In this document: piece after piece, positions 47,273 to 54,508 of the stretch
How positions within the stretch are numbered: position 1 is the stretch's first letter
How the letters are laid out: every line of letters starts with the position of its first letter
From: Roseburia sp. AF12-17LB
Lineage (GTDB): Bacteria; Bacillota; Clostridia; Oscillospirales; Acutalibacteraceae
Assembly: GCA_963589585.1 (NCBI GenBank)
Contig: CAVALG010000037.1
Span: 1 to 56,787, forward strand
DNA: 56,787 nucleotides
Direction: 5' to 3'
The notes under the pieces: generated by a model
Told to the model about the DNA's origin: nothing
What the model saw: the letters and a program-made list of their open reading frames with translations, nothing else
The model's database searches: none
Position numbers and translations under genes: made by a program

Positions 47273-47314
47273 AAAACACTTTCCTTTACATCCGCACGGT
47301 TATTGCTTTGTCTA

Positions 47315-47584
47315 GACAAAACAATCAGGGTACAATGATTTTTTCGGCTAATCGGCGTACTAAGCGGCTTTGTTGCCCTCCGCTCACAATACGACAGTAT
47401 TCCTCGGTCGGGTCGCCGCGCCGCTAAAGCACGCCGCTTGCCGAAAATCTTCGACCTAAAACGAGAAGATTTTTCTGTTTTGGAAGCCGAAGAACGCAGG
47501 AATACTACCGTATTTCAAGCGATGAGGCAAACAAGACGGGAAAATACTCCGTTTTAGGAACCGTTGTACCCTGATTGCTTTGTC
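47315..47584. repeat. 270-bp non-coding element with 21-bp terminal inverted repeats and flanking TA (MITE-like), occupying the nusB leader
   Basis: TIR-L is GACAAAACAATCAGGGTACAA (47315..47335). The reverse complement of TIR-R (47564..47584) is GACAAAGCAATCAGGGTACAA, a 20/21 match. TA lies at 47313-14 and 47585-86. There is no ORF and no ATG on the minus strand. Several internal inverted repeats are present, and a solo 11-nt end fragment (47302..47312) abuts the left TA. Confidence 0.65.
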
Positions 47585-47605
47585 TAATCACACTATTCTT
47601 TGTAT

Positions 47606-47634
47606 ATTATACAGTATATACATTAATATTGCAA
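47606..47634 (-). promoter_or_regulatory. Extended -10 promoter (TTGCAA-17-TGnTATAAT reading) upstream of the element and nusB
   Basis: Minus strand has TTGCAA (47634..47629), a 17-nt spacer ending in TG, and TATAAT (47611..47606). It lies directly after the rmuC stop. Confidence 0.5.
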
Positions 47635-47639
47635 GCAAT

Positions 47640-48911
47640 TTAAATTTGTTCGTTTTCAGCCGAGTCAAGTTCAAGCAGATTTTTGCTTTCGTCCGTGTCT
47701 ATCTGCTCCACCGTTTTAAGTTTTTTAAGGATTATACCGTTGCGTTTTTGGGCGCTTTCAATGGTATTGCCTGCCTCGTCTATCTTCTTTTTCACCTTGG
47801 CAAGCACGGTTTCAAACTCTCCGTACTGCGATTTTACCGCACCGAGTAATTTCCAAACTTCGGAAGCGCGTTTGTCTATGGCGATTGTTCTGAACCCCAT
47901 TTGCAGCGTGTTTAAAAACGCCGTTATCGTTGTGGGGCCCGCTATCATAATATGATATTTGGTTTGCATTTCTTCAGCAAGTCCCGGGCGGCGCAGAATT
48001 TCCGCATACAGCCCTTCGGTAGGCAAAAACATTACGGCAAAATCGGTGGTTTTGGGAACTTCAATATACAGTTTGGCAATAGTTTCAGCCTGCTTTTTCA
48101 CGGTGCGTTCAAGCGCTTTTACGCTTTCTTCAACTGCGGTGCTGTCGGCTCTTTCGGCGGCGTCGCACAGCCTTATATAATCCTCTTGCGGAAATTTTGA
48201 GTCTATCGGCAGCCAGACAAATGTGCCGTCGCGGTCGCGCGACGGAATTTTAACGGCATACTCTACCCTTTCTGAATTGTTTTTAACCGAAACATTACGC
48301 TCAAAAGTATCGGGCGGCAGAGTTTGTTCCAAAATATTGCCGAGTTGGACTTCAGCCCATGTTCCCCTTGCTTTTACATTGGTAAGCACCCTTTGCAAAT
48401 CGCCCACATCGCCTGCTATTTTTTTCATTTCGCCTACAGATTCGTGAACCGCCTTTAACTGCTCGCCGACCGTTTGAAAACTTGAATCAAGCCGCTTTGT
48501 TAATGTTGATGTAAGTTTTTCGTCAACCGTTTCTCTCATTAAATCGAGTTTCTGTTCATTGCTTTTTTGCAGATTTTCGATATTTTTTTGCAAAGTATCG
48601 TTAATATTTTCGCTTTGTCTCGACAAATTAGTAAAGAGGCGCTCCTGCATTTCATTTTGATTTTTCAAATTTTCGTTGCCCTGCTTCATAAGCATTTCAC
48701 GGGTTGCGGCATTGTCGGCATTTATCTTTTCGCCCAGGGCGCGTACCTCGCGCGCGTTTTCGTTTCTGCCGCGCGAAAATTCATCGCGCAGTCTTTCTTC
48801 GCTTTCTTTTAGCCTTTCCACAGTTTCCTTATCCGCTTTCGGCTTTTTAAACAAAAGCGCCAAAAGCAGTATTATCGCCGCAACTAAAAGTCCTATTATA
48901 ATGTAATCCAT
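47640..48911 (-). CDS. rmuC: DNA recombination protein RmuC
   Basis: 423 aa with an N-terminal TM, a long coiled coil and the RmuC nuclease-like C-terminal domain. Confidence 0.88.
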   Translation of the reverse strand: MDYIIIGLLVAAIILLLALLFKKPKADKETVERLKESEERLRDEFSRGRNENAREVRALGEKINADNAATREMLMKQGNENLKNQNEMQERLFTNLSRQSENINDTLQKNIENLQKSNEQKLDLMRETVDEKLTSTLTKRLDSSFQTVGEQLKAVHESVGEMKKIAGDVGDLQRVLTNVKARGTWAEVQLGNILEQTLPPDTFERNVSVKNNSERVEYAVKIPSRDRDGTFVWLPIDSKFPQEDYIRLCDAAERADSTAVEESVKALERTVKKQAETIAKLYIEVPKTTDFAVMFLPTEGLYAEILRRPGLAEEMQTKYHIMIAGPTTITAFLNTLQMGFRTIAIDKRASEVWKLLGAVKSQYGEFETVLAKVKKKIDEAGNTIESAQKRNGIILKKLKTVEQIDTDESKNLLELDSAENEQI

Positions 48912-48943
48912 TTTTCTTTTCCTTTCTCAGCGGCCACCGACAT

Positions 48944-50305
48944 TTAAAGCGTCCGCAATCCTTTAGGATAATGATTTTTAAGCCGTCCGCCCGACGCTTT
49001 ACCGAACCCGGTAGGTACCCCCTCCACTGTTACGGCGGTGTACCCTTTTAAATCCTCGACGCAGCCGATTTCTTCACCGTGTAAAAACCGTGCCGTGTCG
49101 GGGCTGCCTGACGACAATTCGACGGTTCTGCGCGGCGTATGCCCGACTGCGGTAAACAGCGCGTGCGACGGAACAAATCTGCCCTTTTGCACCTGCCCTG
49201 CAAGCACGCCTGCCCTTACAACAGAAATGCCGTCAAGCGCAGGAGTGTGCGGTTTTAGAAACACCCTGTCACCCACGCTTACAGGGGTGTATTTTTCGGG
49301 GTCTATGACTGATGAAAAACATTCGGAATAAAAATCTTCAAACATTTTCACCTGCTCGGTCGGTTTGCTTATATTAGGTATAATAGCACAACCTAAGTCC
49401 CTATAATCACCCATATCCGATTTTTTGCGCATTAAGGCTACAAAATGGCCCTCGCCGCCGTCAGCCGTAAAGACGCGCCGCGCAAATTCTATATTTTCTG
49501 TATTCGGCGCAAAGCGCAAAAACGCAGGTCTGCCGAAATCTTTTTCTATCGGTATAAGTTCAAAATCGGCGCGCTGTTTTAAAAACTCGGCAATTACGCC
49601 CTCATTTTCTTCGGGGGCGTAAGTACAGGTGCTGTAACATAATTTGCCGCCCGATTTTACCGCGTCCGCCGCCGAAAGTAAAATTGAAAGCTGCCGCTTT
49701 GCGCAGGCTTCAATATTTTGCAGCGACCATTCGCTGAGTATTGAGGGATATTTGCGAATCATACCCTCGCCCGAACAGGGCGCGTCCACCAATACGCAAT
49801 CAAAAAAGCCAATAAATTTATCGGTAAGCGCGGCAACATCGCTGTTTGTTATAACGCAGTTTGGCACTCCCATACGCTCAATATTAGAAACAAGGGCAGG
49901 AACGCGCAACGAAACATATTCGTTTGAAACAAGCAAACCTTCGCCGCCCAATGCCGCCGCTATTTGGGTGGATTTGCCGCCGGGCGCGGCGCACAAATCA
50001 AGCACACTGTCGCCGTGACGAACGCCGAGCGCGGACACCGCCGACATTGCGCTCGGTTCCTGTAAATAAAACGCGCCTGCATGGTGCAGCGGATGGTTAC
50101 CCGATATTTCTTCGTTTATATAAAAACCGTCATCACAAAACGGGACGGGCTTTAAGTTACCGAAAGTTTGTAAAATCAAATTGTGCGGCGCTTTAAGGGT
50201 GTTTACCCTTAAACCTTTAAAGGGCATTTCACCTAATTTATTAAAATACATTTCATCGCCGGTAAGAGATTCCATACGGCGGCGAAATTCAACTGGTATA
50301 TTCAT
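48944..50305 (-). CDS. RsmB/RsmF (NOL1/NOP2/Sun) family RNA cytosine-C5 methyltransferase
   Basis: 453 aa with LDLCAAPGGKS and the DAPCSGEG motifs, plus a PUA-like C-terminal domain. Confidence 0.85.
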   Translation of the reverse strand: MNIPVEFRRRMESLTGDEMYFNKLGEMPFKGLRVNTLKAPHNLILQTFGNLKPVPFCDDGFYINEEISGNHPLHHAGAFYLQEPSAMSAVSALGVRHGDSVLDLCAAPGGKSTQIAAALGGEGLLVSNEYVSLRVPALVSNIERMGVPNCVITNSDVAALTDKFIGFFDCVLVDAPCSGEGMIRKYPSILSEWSLQNIEACAKRQLSILLSAADAVKSGGKLCYSTCTYAPEENEGVIAEFLKQRADFELIPIEKDFGRPAFLRFAPNTENIEFARRVFTADGGEGHFVALMRKKSDMGDYRDLGCAIIPNISKPTEQVKMFEDFYSECFSSVIDPEKYTPVSVGDRVFLKPHTPALDGISVVRAGVLAGQVQKGRFVPSHALFTAVGHTPRRTVELSSGSPDTARFLHGEEIGCVEDLKGYTAVTVEGVPTGFGKASGGRLKNHYPKGLRTL

Positions 50306-50376
50306 ATATCTCTCCGAAAAAAGTATATTTTTTTCGCGTGGGGAAAAAATAACGCAAAGGAAGAAGGTGAATTATT

Positions 50377-50508
50377 GTGAAAAAGAATCAGCAAAACAGA
50401 CAGAATCAGCAAAATCAGCAACAGCAGCAGAACCAAAATCAACAGCAGCAGAATCAGCAGCAGAACCAACAGAACCAGCAAAATCAACAGCAGAATCAGC
50501 AGTTCTGA
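50377..50508 (+). CDS. 43-codon ORF encoding an almost pure Gln/Asn peptide
   Basis: GTG 50377 is preceded by SD GAAGGTGA at 6 nt. My translation is MKKNQQNRQNQQNQQQQQNQNQQQQNQQQNQQNQQNQQQNQQF*. A hairpin terminator follows 18 nt after the stop. The reading frame was chosen from the SD. The other frames are open only because of the CAG/CAA/AAT repeats. Confidence 0.5.
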   Translation: MKKNQQNRQNQQNQQQQQNQNQQQQNQQQNQQNQQNQQQNQQF

Positions 50509-50525
50509 AATAATTTTGATATATT

Positions 50526-50558
50526 CGCCGGACCTTAACGGTCCGGCGGATTGCTTTT
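50526..50558. terminator. Hairpin shared by the Q/N ORF (+) and azlD (-)
   Basis: CGCCGGACC-ttaac-GGTCCGGCG, then GATTGCTTTT on the plus strand. Confidence 0.6.
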
Positions 50559-50880
50559 AAAACACAAACTGCACCATAAGCATATACGACAGCGTACCTG
50601 CCACCATAGACAAAAGTGTATTATGCCGCCACTTATGCAAAACAATTACGGTTGCGGACGCTAAAACCGCCGGGACCCAGGACGACACTTTTAAAAAGGT
50701 AGTGGTCCTGAAACAGTAGACTATAAGCATACCCATAACAGCATAGGGCAGCACCTCGCCGAGATATACAATGGCGCGCGGCGTGCGTTTGCTGAAAACT
50801 ACAAACGGCAGAAACCGCAGCACAAGTACCGTAAGCGCCATAACTGCCGCCATAAATAAGGAACGATGTTCGTTTATCAT
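50557..50880 (-). CDS. azlD: Branched-chain amino acid transport protein AzlD
   Basis: 107 aa, hydrophobic. 4-nt overlap with azlC. Confidence 0.8.
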   Translation of the reverse strand: MINEHRSLFMAAVMALTVLVLRFLPFVVFSKRTPRAIVYLGEVLPYAVMGMLIVYCFRTTTFLKVSSWVPAVLASATVIVLHKWRHNTLLSMVAGTLSYMLMVQFVF

Positions 50881-51614
50881 TGTAAAGCACCGTCCTTTCG
50901 GGTAATCATAGGCTTTTGTAAAAACAAAGCCGCCGTTATACCGAGCATTGCCGGCACAAGGAAATTATCCGACCCGAATATTAAAAGGCAGAAAAGCGAC
51001 ACGCCTGCGCCTGTAATTACAGGGATATGATTTTCGGATTTTTCCCACTGTTCAAGCGTTATTATTATGAAAAGCGCAGTCATAGAAAAATCTACGCCCG
51101 TTGTATTTATATTTACCGCACTGCCGAGCACTGCACCGAAAGTGCTGCCTATAATCCAATACAACTGGTTAAAAAGCGAAAGCCAAAAATAGAATTTGGG
51201 CATATCCAGCTTATCCGACTCGGTTGAGCAGACTACCGAGTAGGTTTCGTCCGTCAGCGCAAAGATCAGATAAGGCTTGTACGGACCCGTATTTTTATAC
51301 TTTTCAATAAGCGAAACGCCGTAAAACATATACCTTATATTTACCATAATACTGAGCATAACGGTTGAAATAAGCGACGCGCCCACGCTCATAACATCGG
51401 CGGCTACATACTGCATAGAGCCCGAATATATAGTTATACTCATAGCAAGCGACCACCACCATGCGAAACCGCGCGATGTCATAAGCACGCCAAAGCCCAT
51501 ACCAAGCACCGCATACCCTGCCATAATGGGCAAGGATTTTTTAAAAGCGTATTTAATTGTGTACTTTGTTTTTTCCTTATTTGCTCCGTTTTGTTTTGTT
51601 TTTGCGATAGACAT
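50877..51614 (-). CDS. azlC: AzlC family branched-chain amino acid permease component
   Basis: The start is set at ATG 51614 (MSIAKTKQ...; SD AAGGTG 6 nt upstream). The track's 60 extra N-terminal residues lack an SD. Confidence 0.8.
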   Translation of the reverse strand: MSIAKTKQNGANKEKTKYTIKYAFKKSLPIMAGYAVLGMGFGVLMTSRGFAWWWSLAMSITIYSGSMQYVAADVMSVGASLISTVMLSIMVNIRYMFYGVSLIEKYKNTGPYKPYLIFALTDETYSVVCSTESDKLDMPKFYFWLSLFNQLYWIIGSTFGAVLGSAVNINTTGVDFSMTALFIIITLEQWEKSENHIPVITGAGVSLFCLLIFGSDNFLVPAMLGITAALFLQKPMITRKDGALQ

Positions 51615-51787
51615 TGCCGACACCTTGCTATGGAAAAGTTTTTTGCTGTGCGCCGCTTTTATTTTTCGCCGTTTCGACAAAATGCGGCGAAATATTTGCA
51701 AAAGTGCGACACAACTGAATTTTATCACACTTAAAACATAAAGTAAATACGGCATAAAAATATTTGCAAAAAATTTTAATAAACCTA

Positions 51788-51842
51788 TTGACAAACGGGT
51801 AATATAATGCTAATATATGAACATACATTCATATGTTCATAT
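51788..51842 (+). promoter_or_regulatory. Promoter (TTGACA-17-TAATAT) with an overlapping inverted-repeat operator for the ArsR/CadC-type repressor
   Basis: TTGACA at 51788..51793 and TAATAT at 51811..51816. Inverted repeat ATATGAACAT (51815..51824) / ATGTTCATAT (51833..51842). Confidence 0.6.
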
Positions 51843-51856
51843 GAGGAGATGAAAAT

Positions 51857-52234
51857 ATGGCTGAAACTTCAAAAAACGAGGTTGCGGGCTGCGAGTATAT
51901 ACACGCGCACGCCGACCTTGTTAAAAAGGTGCTTGACACGCTGCCCTGTGATGAACAACTTTATGACCTTGCGGAGTTGTTTAAAATTTTCGGCGACAGC
52001 ACACGGGTTAAAATACTCGGCGTTTTGTCAGAGGCGGAAGTTTGCGTATGTGATTTGGCGCAGATACTGAAAGTAAGTCAATCGGCGGTGTCGCATCAAT
52101 TACGCGTACTCAAGCAGTCGCGCTTGGTAAATTTTCGCAAGGAAGGCAAGGTTGTGTTTTACTCGCTTGCCGATGACCATGTAAGAAAAATAATTAATAA
52201 CGGAATGGAGCATATCAATGAAACGAATATATGA
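51857..52234 (+). CDS. ArsR/SmtB family metalloregulator (CadC-like, CVC motif)
   Basis: ELFKIFGDSTRVKILGVLSEAEVCVCDLAQILKVSQSAVSHQLRVLKQSRLV. Confidence 0.88.
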   Translation: MAETSKNEVAGCEYIHAHADLVKKVLDTLPCDEQLYDLAELFKIFGDSTRVKILGVLSEAEVCVCDLAQILKVSQSAVSHQLRVLKQSRLVNFRKEGKVVFYSLADDHVRKIINNGMEHINETNI

Positions 52235-52439
52235 ACTTGAAGATTTGGATTGCGCAAACTGCGCGGCAAAAATGGAAAATGCAATTGCAGAAATTGAGGG
52301 CGTAGAAAATGTGAGCGTAAGTTTTATAATGCAAAAACTTACAATTGAGGCACCCGACGATAAAATCGACGCCATAATGAAAAAGGCAGTCAAGGTCTGC
52401 AAAAAAATAGAACCCGACTGCACTATTTTACTTAAATAA
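52218..52439 (+). CDS. Heavy-metal-associated (HMA) domain protein, CxxC
   Basis: 73 aa: MKRIYELEDLDCANCAAKMENAIAEIEGV. Own SD (GGAG). Overlaps the regulator gene by 17 nt. Confidence 0.8.
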   Translation: MKRIYELEDLDCANCAAKMENAIAEIEGVENVSVSFIMQKLTIEAPDDKIDAIMKKAVKVCKKIEPDCTILLK

Positions 52440-52454
52440 GAGGGGGAATTTCCC

Positions 52455-54290
52455 GTGAGCCGCAAGCAAAAAAAATCCCTTACGCTTATAATAATATCGC
52501 TTTGCCTTTTGGCAGCGGGGTTTATAGTTAATACCGGAAATGTATGGCTGAACGCAATTTTGCCCTTTGCGGCATATCTTGTTGCAGGGTTGAGCGTGCT
52601 GAAAAAGGCCACTGTAAACATTGCGCACGGTCAGGTGTTTGACGAAAACTTTCTTATGGCAATAGCCACAATAGGAGCAATAGCAATACTTGATTTTAAA
52701 GAGGCCGCCGCGGTTATGATATTTTACCAGGTAGGTGAACTGTTTGAGAATATCGCCGTAGGTAAAAGCCGCAAATCCATTAAATCACTTATGCAGCTGC
52801 GCCCCGATAAAGCGTTTATTGAACGCGACGGTGTGATAACGGAGGTTGATCCTGCCGAGGTTAAAGCAGGCGATACCATTGTTGTGAAAGCAGGCGAGCG
52901 CATACCGCTTGACGGTGTTGTAATAAGCGGCGAAAGTTCGCTTGACACCTCCGCCCTTACGGGCGAATCCGTACCGCGTACTGTAAAGCCGGGCGACACG
53001 GCAGCCAGCGGATGTGTTAATATAAGCGGCACGCTTAGAATACGCACAACCGGCGGAATTGAAGAATCAACCGTATCGCGTATACTTGCATTGGTGGAAG
53101 AATCGGCAGAAAGCAAGGCTCGTGCCGAAAGTTTTGTAACCCGTTTTGCCAAGGTCTACACGCCGATAGTAGTAGGCTTGGCGGTTGCAATTGCGGTTAT
53201 ACCCTCAATCATAACATTGGATTTTGCAAAATGGGTACAGCGTGCACTGATATTTCTGGTAGTTTCCTGCCCATGTGCGCTTGTTATATCGGTTCCGCTT
53301 ACATTTTTCGGGGCAATAGGCGGAGCATCCAAAAAAGGTGTGCTTTTTAAAGGTTCGGTTTATATTGAGCGGTTGGCAAAGGCAGATTCTTTCTTCTTTG
53401 ACAAGACGGGCACGCTGACTGCGGGAAAATTCACGGTAAGCCGCGTAGTTCCGCAAAACTGTAGCGAAGAACACCTTAAAGCAATTGCGTTGACGGCCGA
53501 AAAATATTCAAATCATCCGCTTGCGTTATCGGTGAGAGAAACATTTAAAGATACAAACTGCAAAGAACCCGAAAATTGCGAAGAAATATCAGGTTACGGC
53601 ATTAAGTGCAGCGTTGACGGAAAAACGGTTTACGCAGGAAATGCAGGGCTTATGAAAAAAGCCGGCGCAGAATCTTTGCAGCCGCAGGATAACGAAACGG
53701 CTATCCATATTTGTGAGGACGGACGATATATAGGGTTTATAGCACTTTCCGACTCGCCCAAAAAAGGTTCTTCCGACGCAGTTAAACAACTAAAAAAACT
53801 CGGCGCTATGCATATCGCAATGCTTACGGGCGACCGTAAAAAAGCGGCGCTTAAGACGGCTGAAATCATAGGGCTTGACGAAGTACATGCCGAACTGTTA
53901 CCGCAGGACAAGGCAAAAATCGTAAGCGATTATATTAAGGGTCACGACGGTATAACGGCATTTACGGGCGACGGTATAAACGACGCACCTGTGCTTGCCC
54001 TTTCGGATGTGGGTATAGCGATGGGCGGACTCGGCTCAGACGCTGCCATTGAAGCCGCCGATGTAATAATTATGGATGATGATCCTCTTAAAATACCCAA
54101 AGCGGTAAAAATCTCACGCGCATCGTGCAGAATAGTAAAGGAAAATATCATATTCGCACTTGGTGTAAAAATTGCGGTTATGGTGCTTGGCGCTTTGGGT
54201 CTTGCAGGAATGTGGCTTGCGGTATTTGCCGATGTGGGCGTTTCGGTTCTTGCAATAATAAATGCTATGAGAATGTTGAAAGCCGAATGA
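52455..54290 (+). CDS. Heavy-metal (Cd/Zn/Co-type) translocating P1B-type ATPase lacking a fused HMA domain
   Basis: 611 aa with CPC (SCPCALVIS), DKTGTLT and GDGINDAP. GTG start with SD GAGGGGGA. Confidence 0.9.
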   Translation: MSRKQKKSLTLIIISLCLLAAGFIVNTGNVWLNAILPFAAYLVAGLSVLKKATVNIAHGQVFDENFLMAIATIGAIAILDFKEAAAVMIFYQVGELFENIAVGKSRKSIKSLMQLRPDKAFIERDGVITEVDPAEVKAGDTIVVKAGERIPLDGVVISGESSLDTSALTGESVPRTVKPGDTAASGCVNISGTLRIRTTGGIEESTVSRILALVEESAESKARAESFVTRFAKVYTPIVVGLAVAIAVIPSIITLDFAKWVQRALIFLVVSCPCALVISVPLTFFGAIGGASKKGVLFKGSVYIERLAKADSFFFDKTGTLTAGKFTVSRVVPQNCSEEHLKAIALTAEKYSNHPLALSVRETFKDTNCKEPENCEEISGYGIKCSVDGKTVYAGNAGLMKKAGAESLQPQDNETAIHICEDGRYIGFIALSDSPKKGSSDAVKQLKKLGAMHIAMLTGDRKKAALKTAEIIGLDEVHAELLPQDKAKIVSDYIKGHDGITAFTGDGINDAPVLALSDVGIAMGGLGSDAAIEAADVIIMDDDPLKIPKAVKISRASCRIVKENIIFALGVKIAVMVLGALGLAGMWLAVFADVGVSVLAIINAMRMLKAE

Positions 54291-54316
54291 GGTGTTATAA
54301 GGTTAATATTTAACGG

Positions 54317-54356
54317 ATATCGTGTGGGGCGCAATGCGCTCCGCACGATATTTTTT
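54317..54356 (+). terminator. Intrinsic terminator after the ATPase gene
   Basis: ATATCGTGTGGGGCGC-aat-GCGCTCCGCACGATAT followed by TTTTTT. Confidence 0.75.
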
Positions 54357-54377
54357 ACAAAAATCAACCTTAAAACC

Positions 54378-54406
54378 TTGAAAACGACGGTTTTGTGTAG
54401 TATTAT
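54378..54406 (+). promoter_or_regulatory. Promoter (TTGAAA-17-TATTAT) for the rnf operon
   Basis: TTGAAA at 54378..54383, 17-nt spacer, TATTAT at 54401..54406. Confidence 0.5.
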
Positions 54407-54424
54407 AATTTAAATGTTTTTATA

Positions 54425-54479
54425 GAAAAAACAATCGGGATAAAACAGTTCCTAAAACGGAGTATTTTCCCGCTTTGTC
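54425..54479. repeat. 55-bp TA-flanked relative of the 47315..47584 element, inside the rnfC leader
   Basis: GAAAAAACAATCGGGATAAAACAGTTCCTAAAACGGAGTATTTTCCCGCTTTGTC aligns with the reverse complement of 47528..47584 (about 48 of 57 positions by my count, flanks included). This includes an identical 24-mer (54448..54471 vs 47538..47561). TA lies at 54423-24 and 54480-81. Confidence 0.65.
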
Positions 54480-54508
54480 TATTCGGTTGATATAAGGAAG
54501 GTGACTTG

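Noticed and set aside
50181-50513. Alternative frames through the CAG/CAA/AAT repeat: the plus-strand 110-aa ORF and the minus-strand Leu-rich 61-aa ORF (50302..50487)
   Set aside because: They are open only because the repeat lacks stops in several frames. Neither has an SD-linked start near the repeat. The plus-strand ORF begins inside the opposite-strand rsmF-like gene. The SD + GTG frame (the Q/N peptide) is the only one with translation signals.
52100-52621. 173-aa minus-strand ORF
   Set aside because: It is antisense to the regulator, HMA and ATPase genes, which all carry diagnostic motifs.
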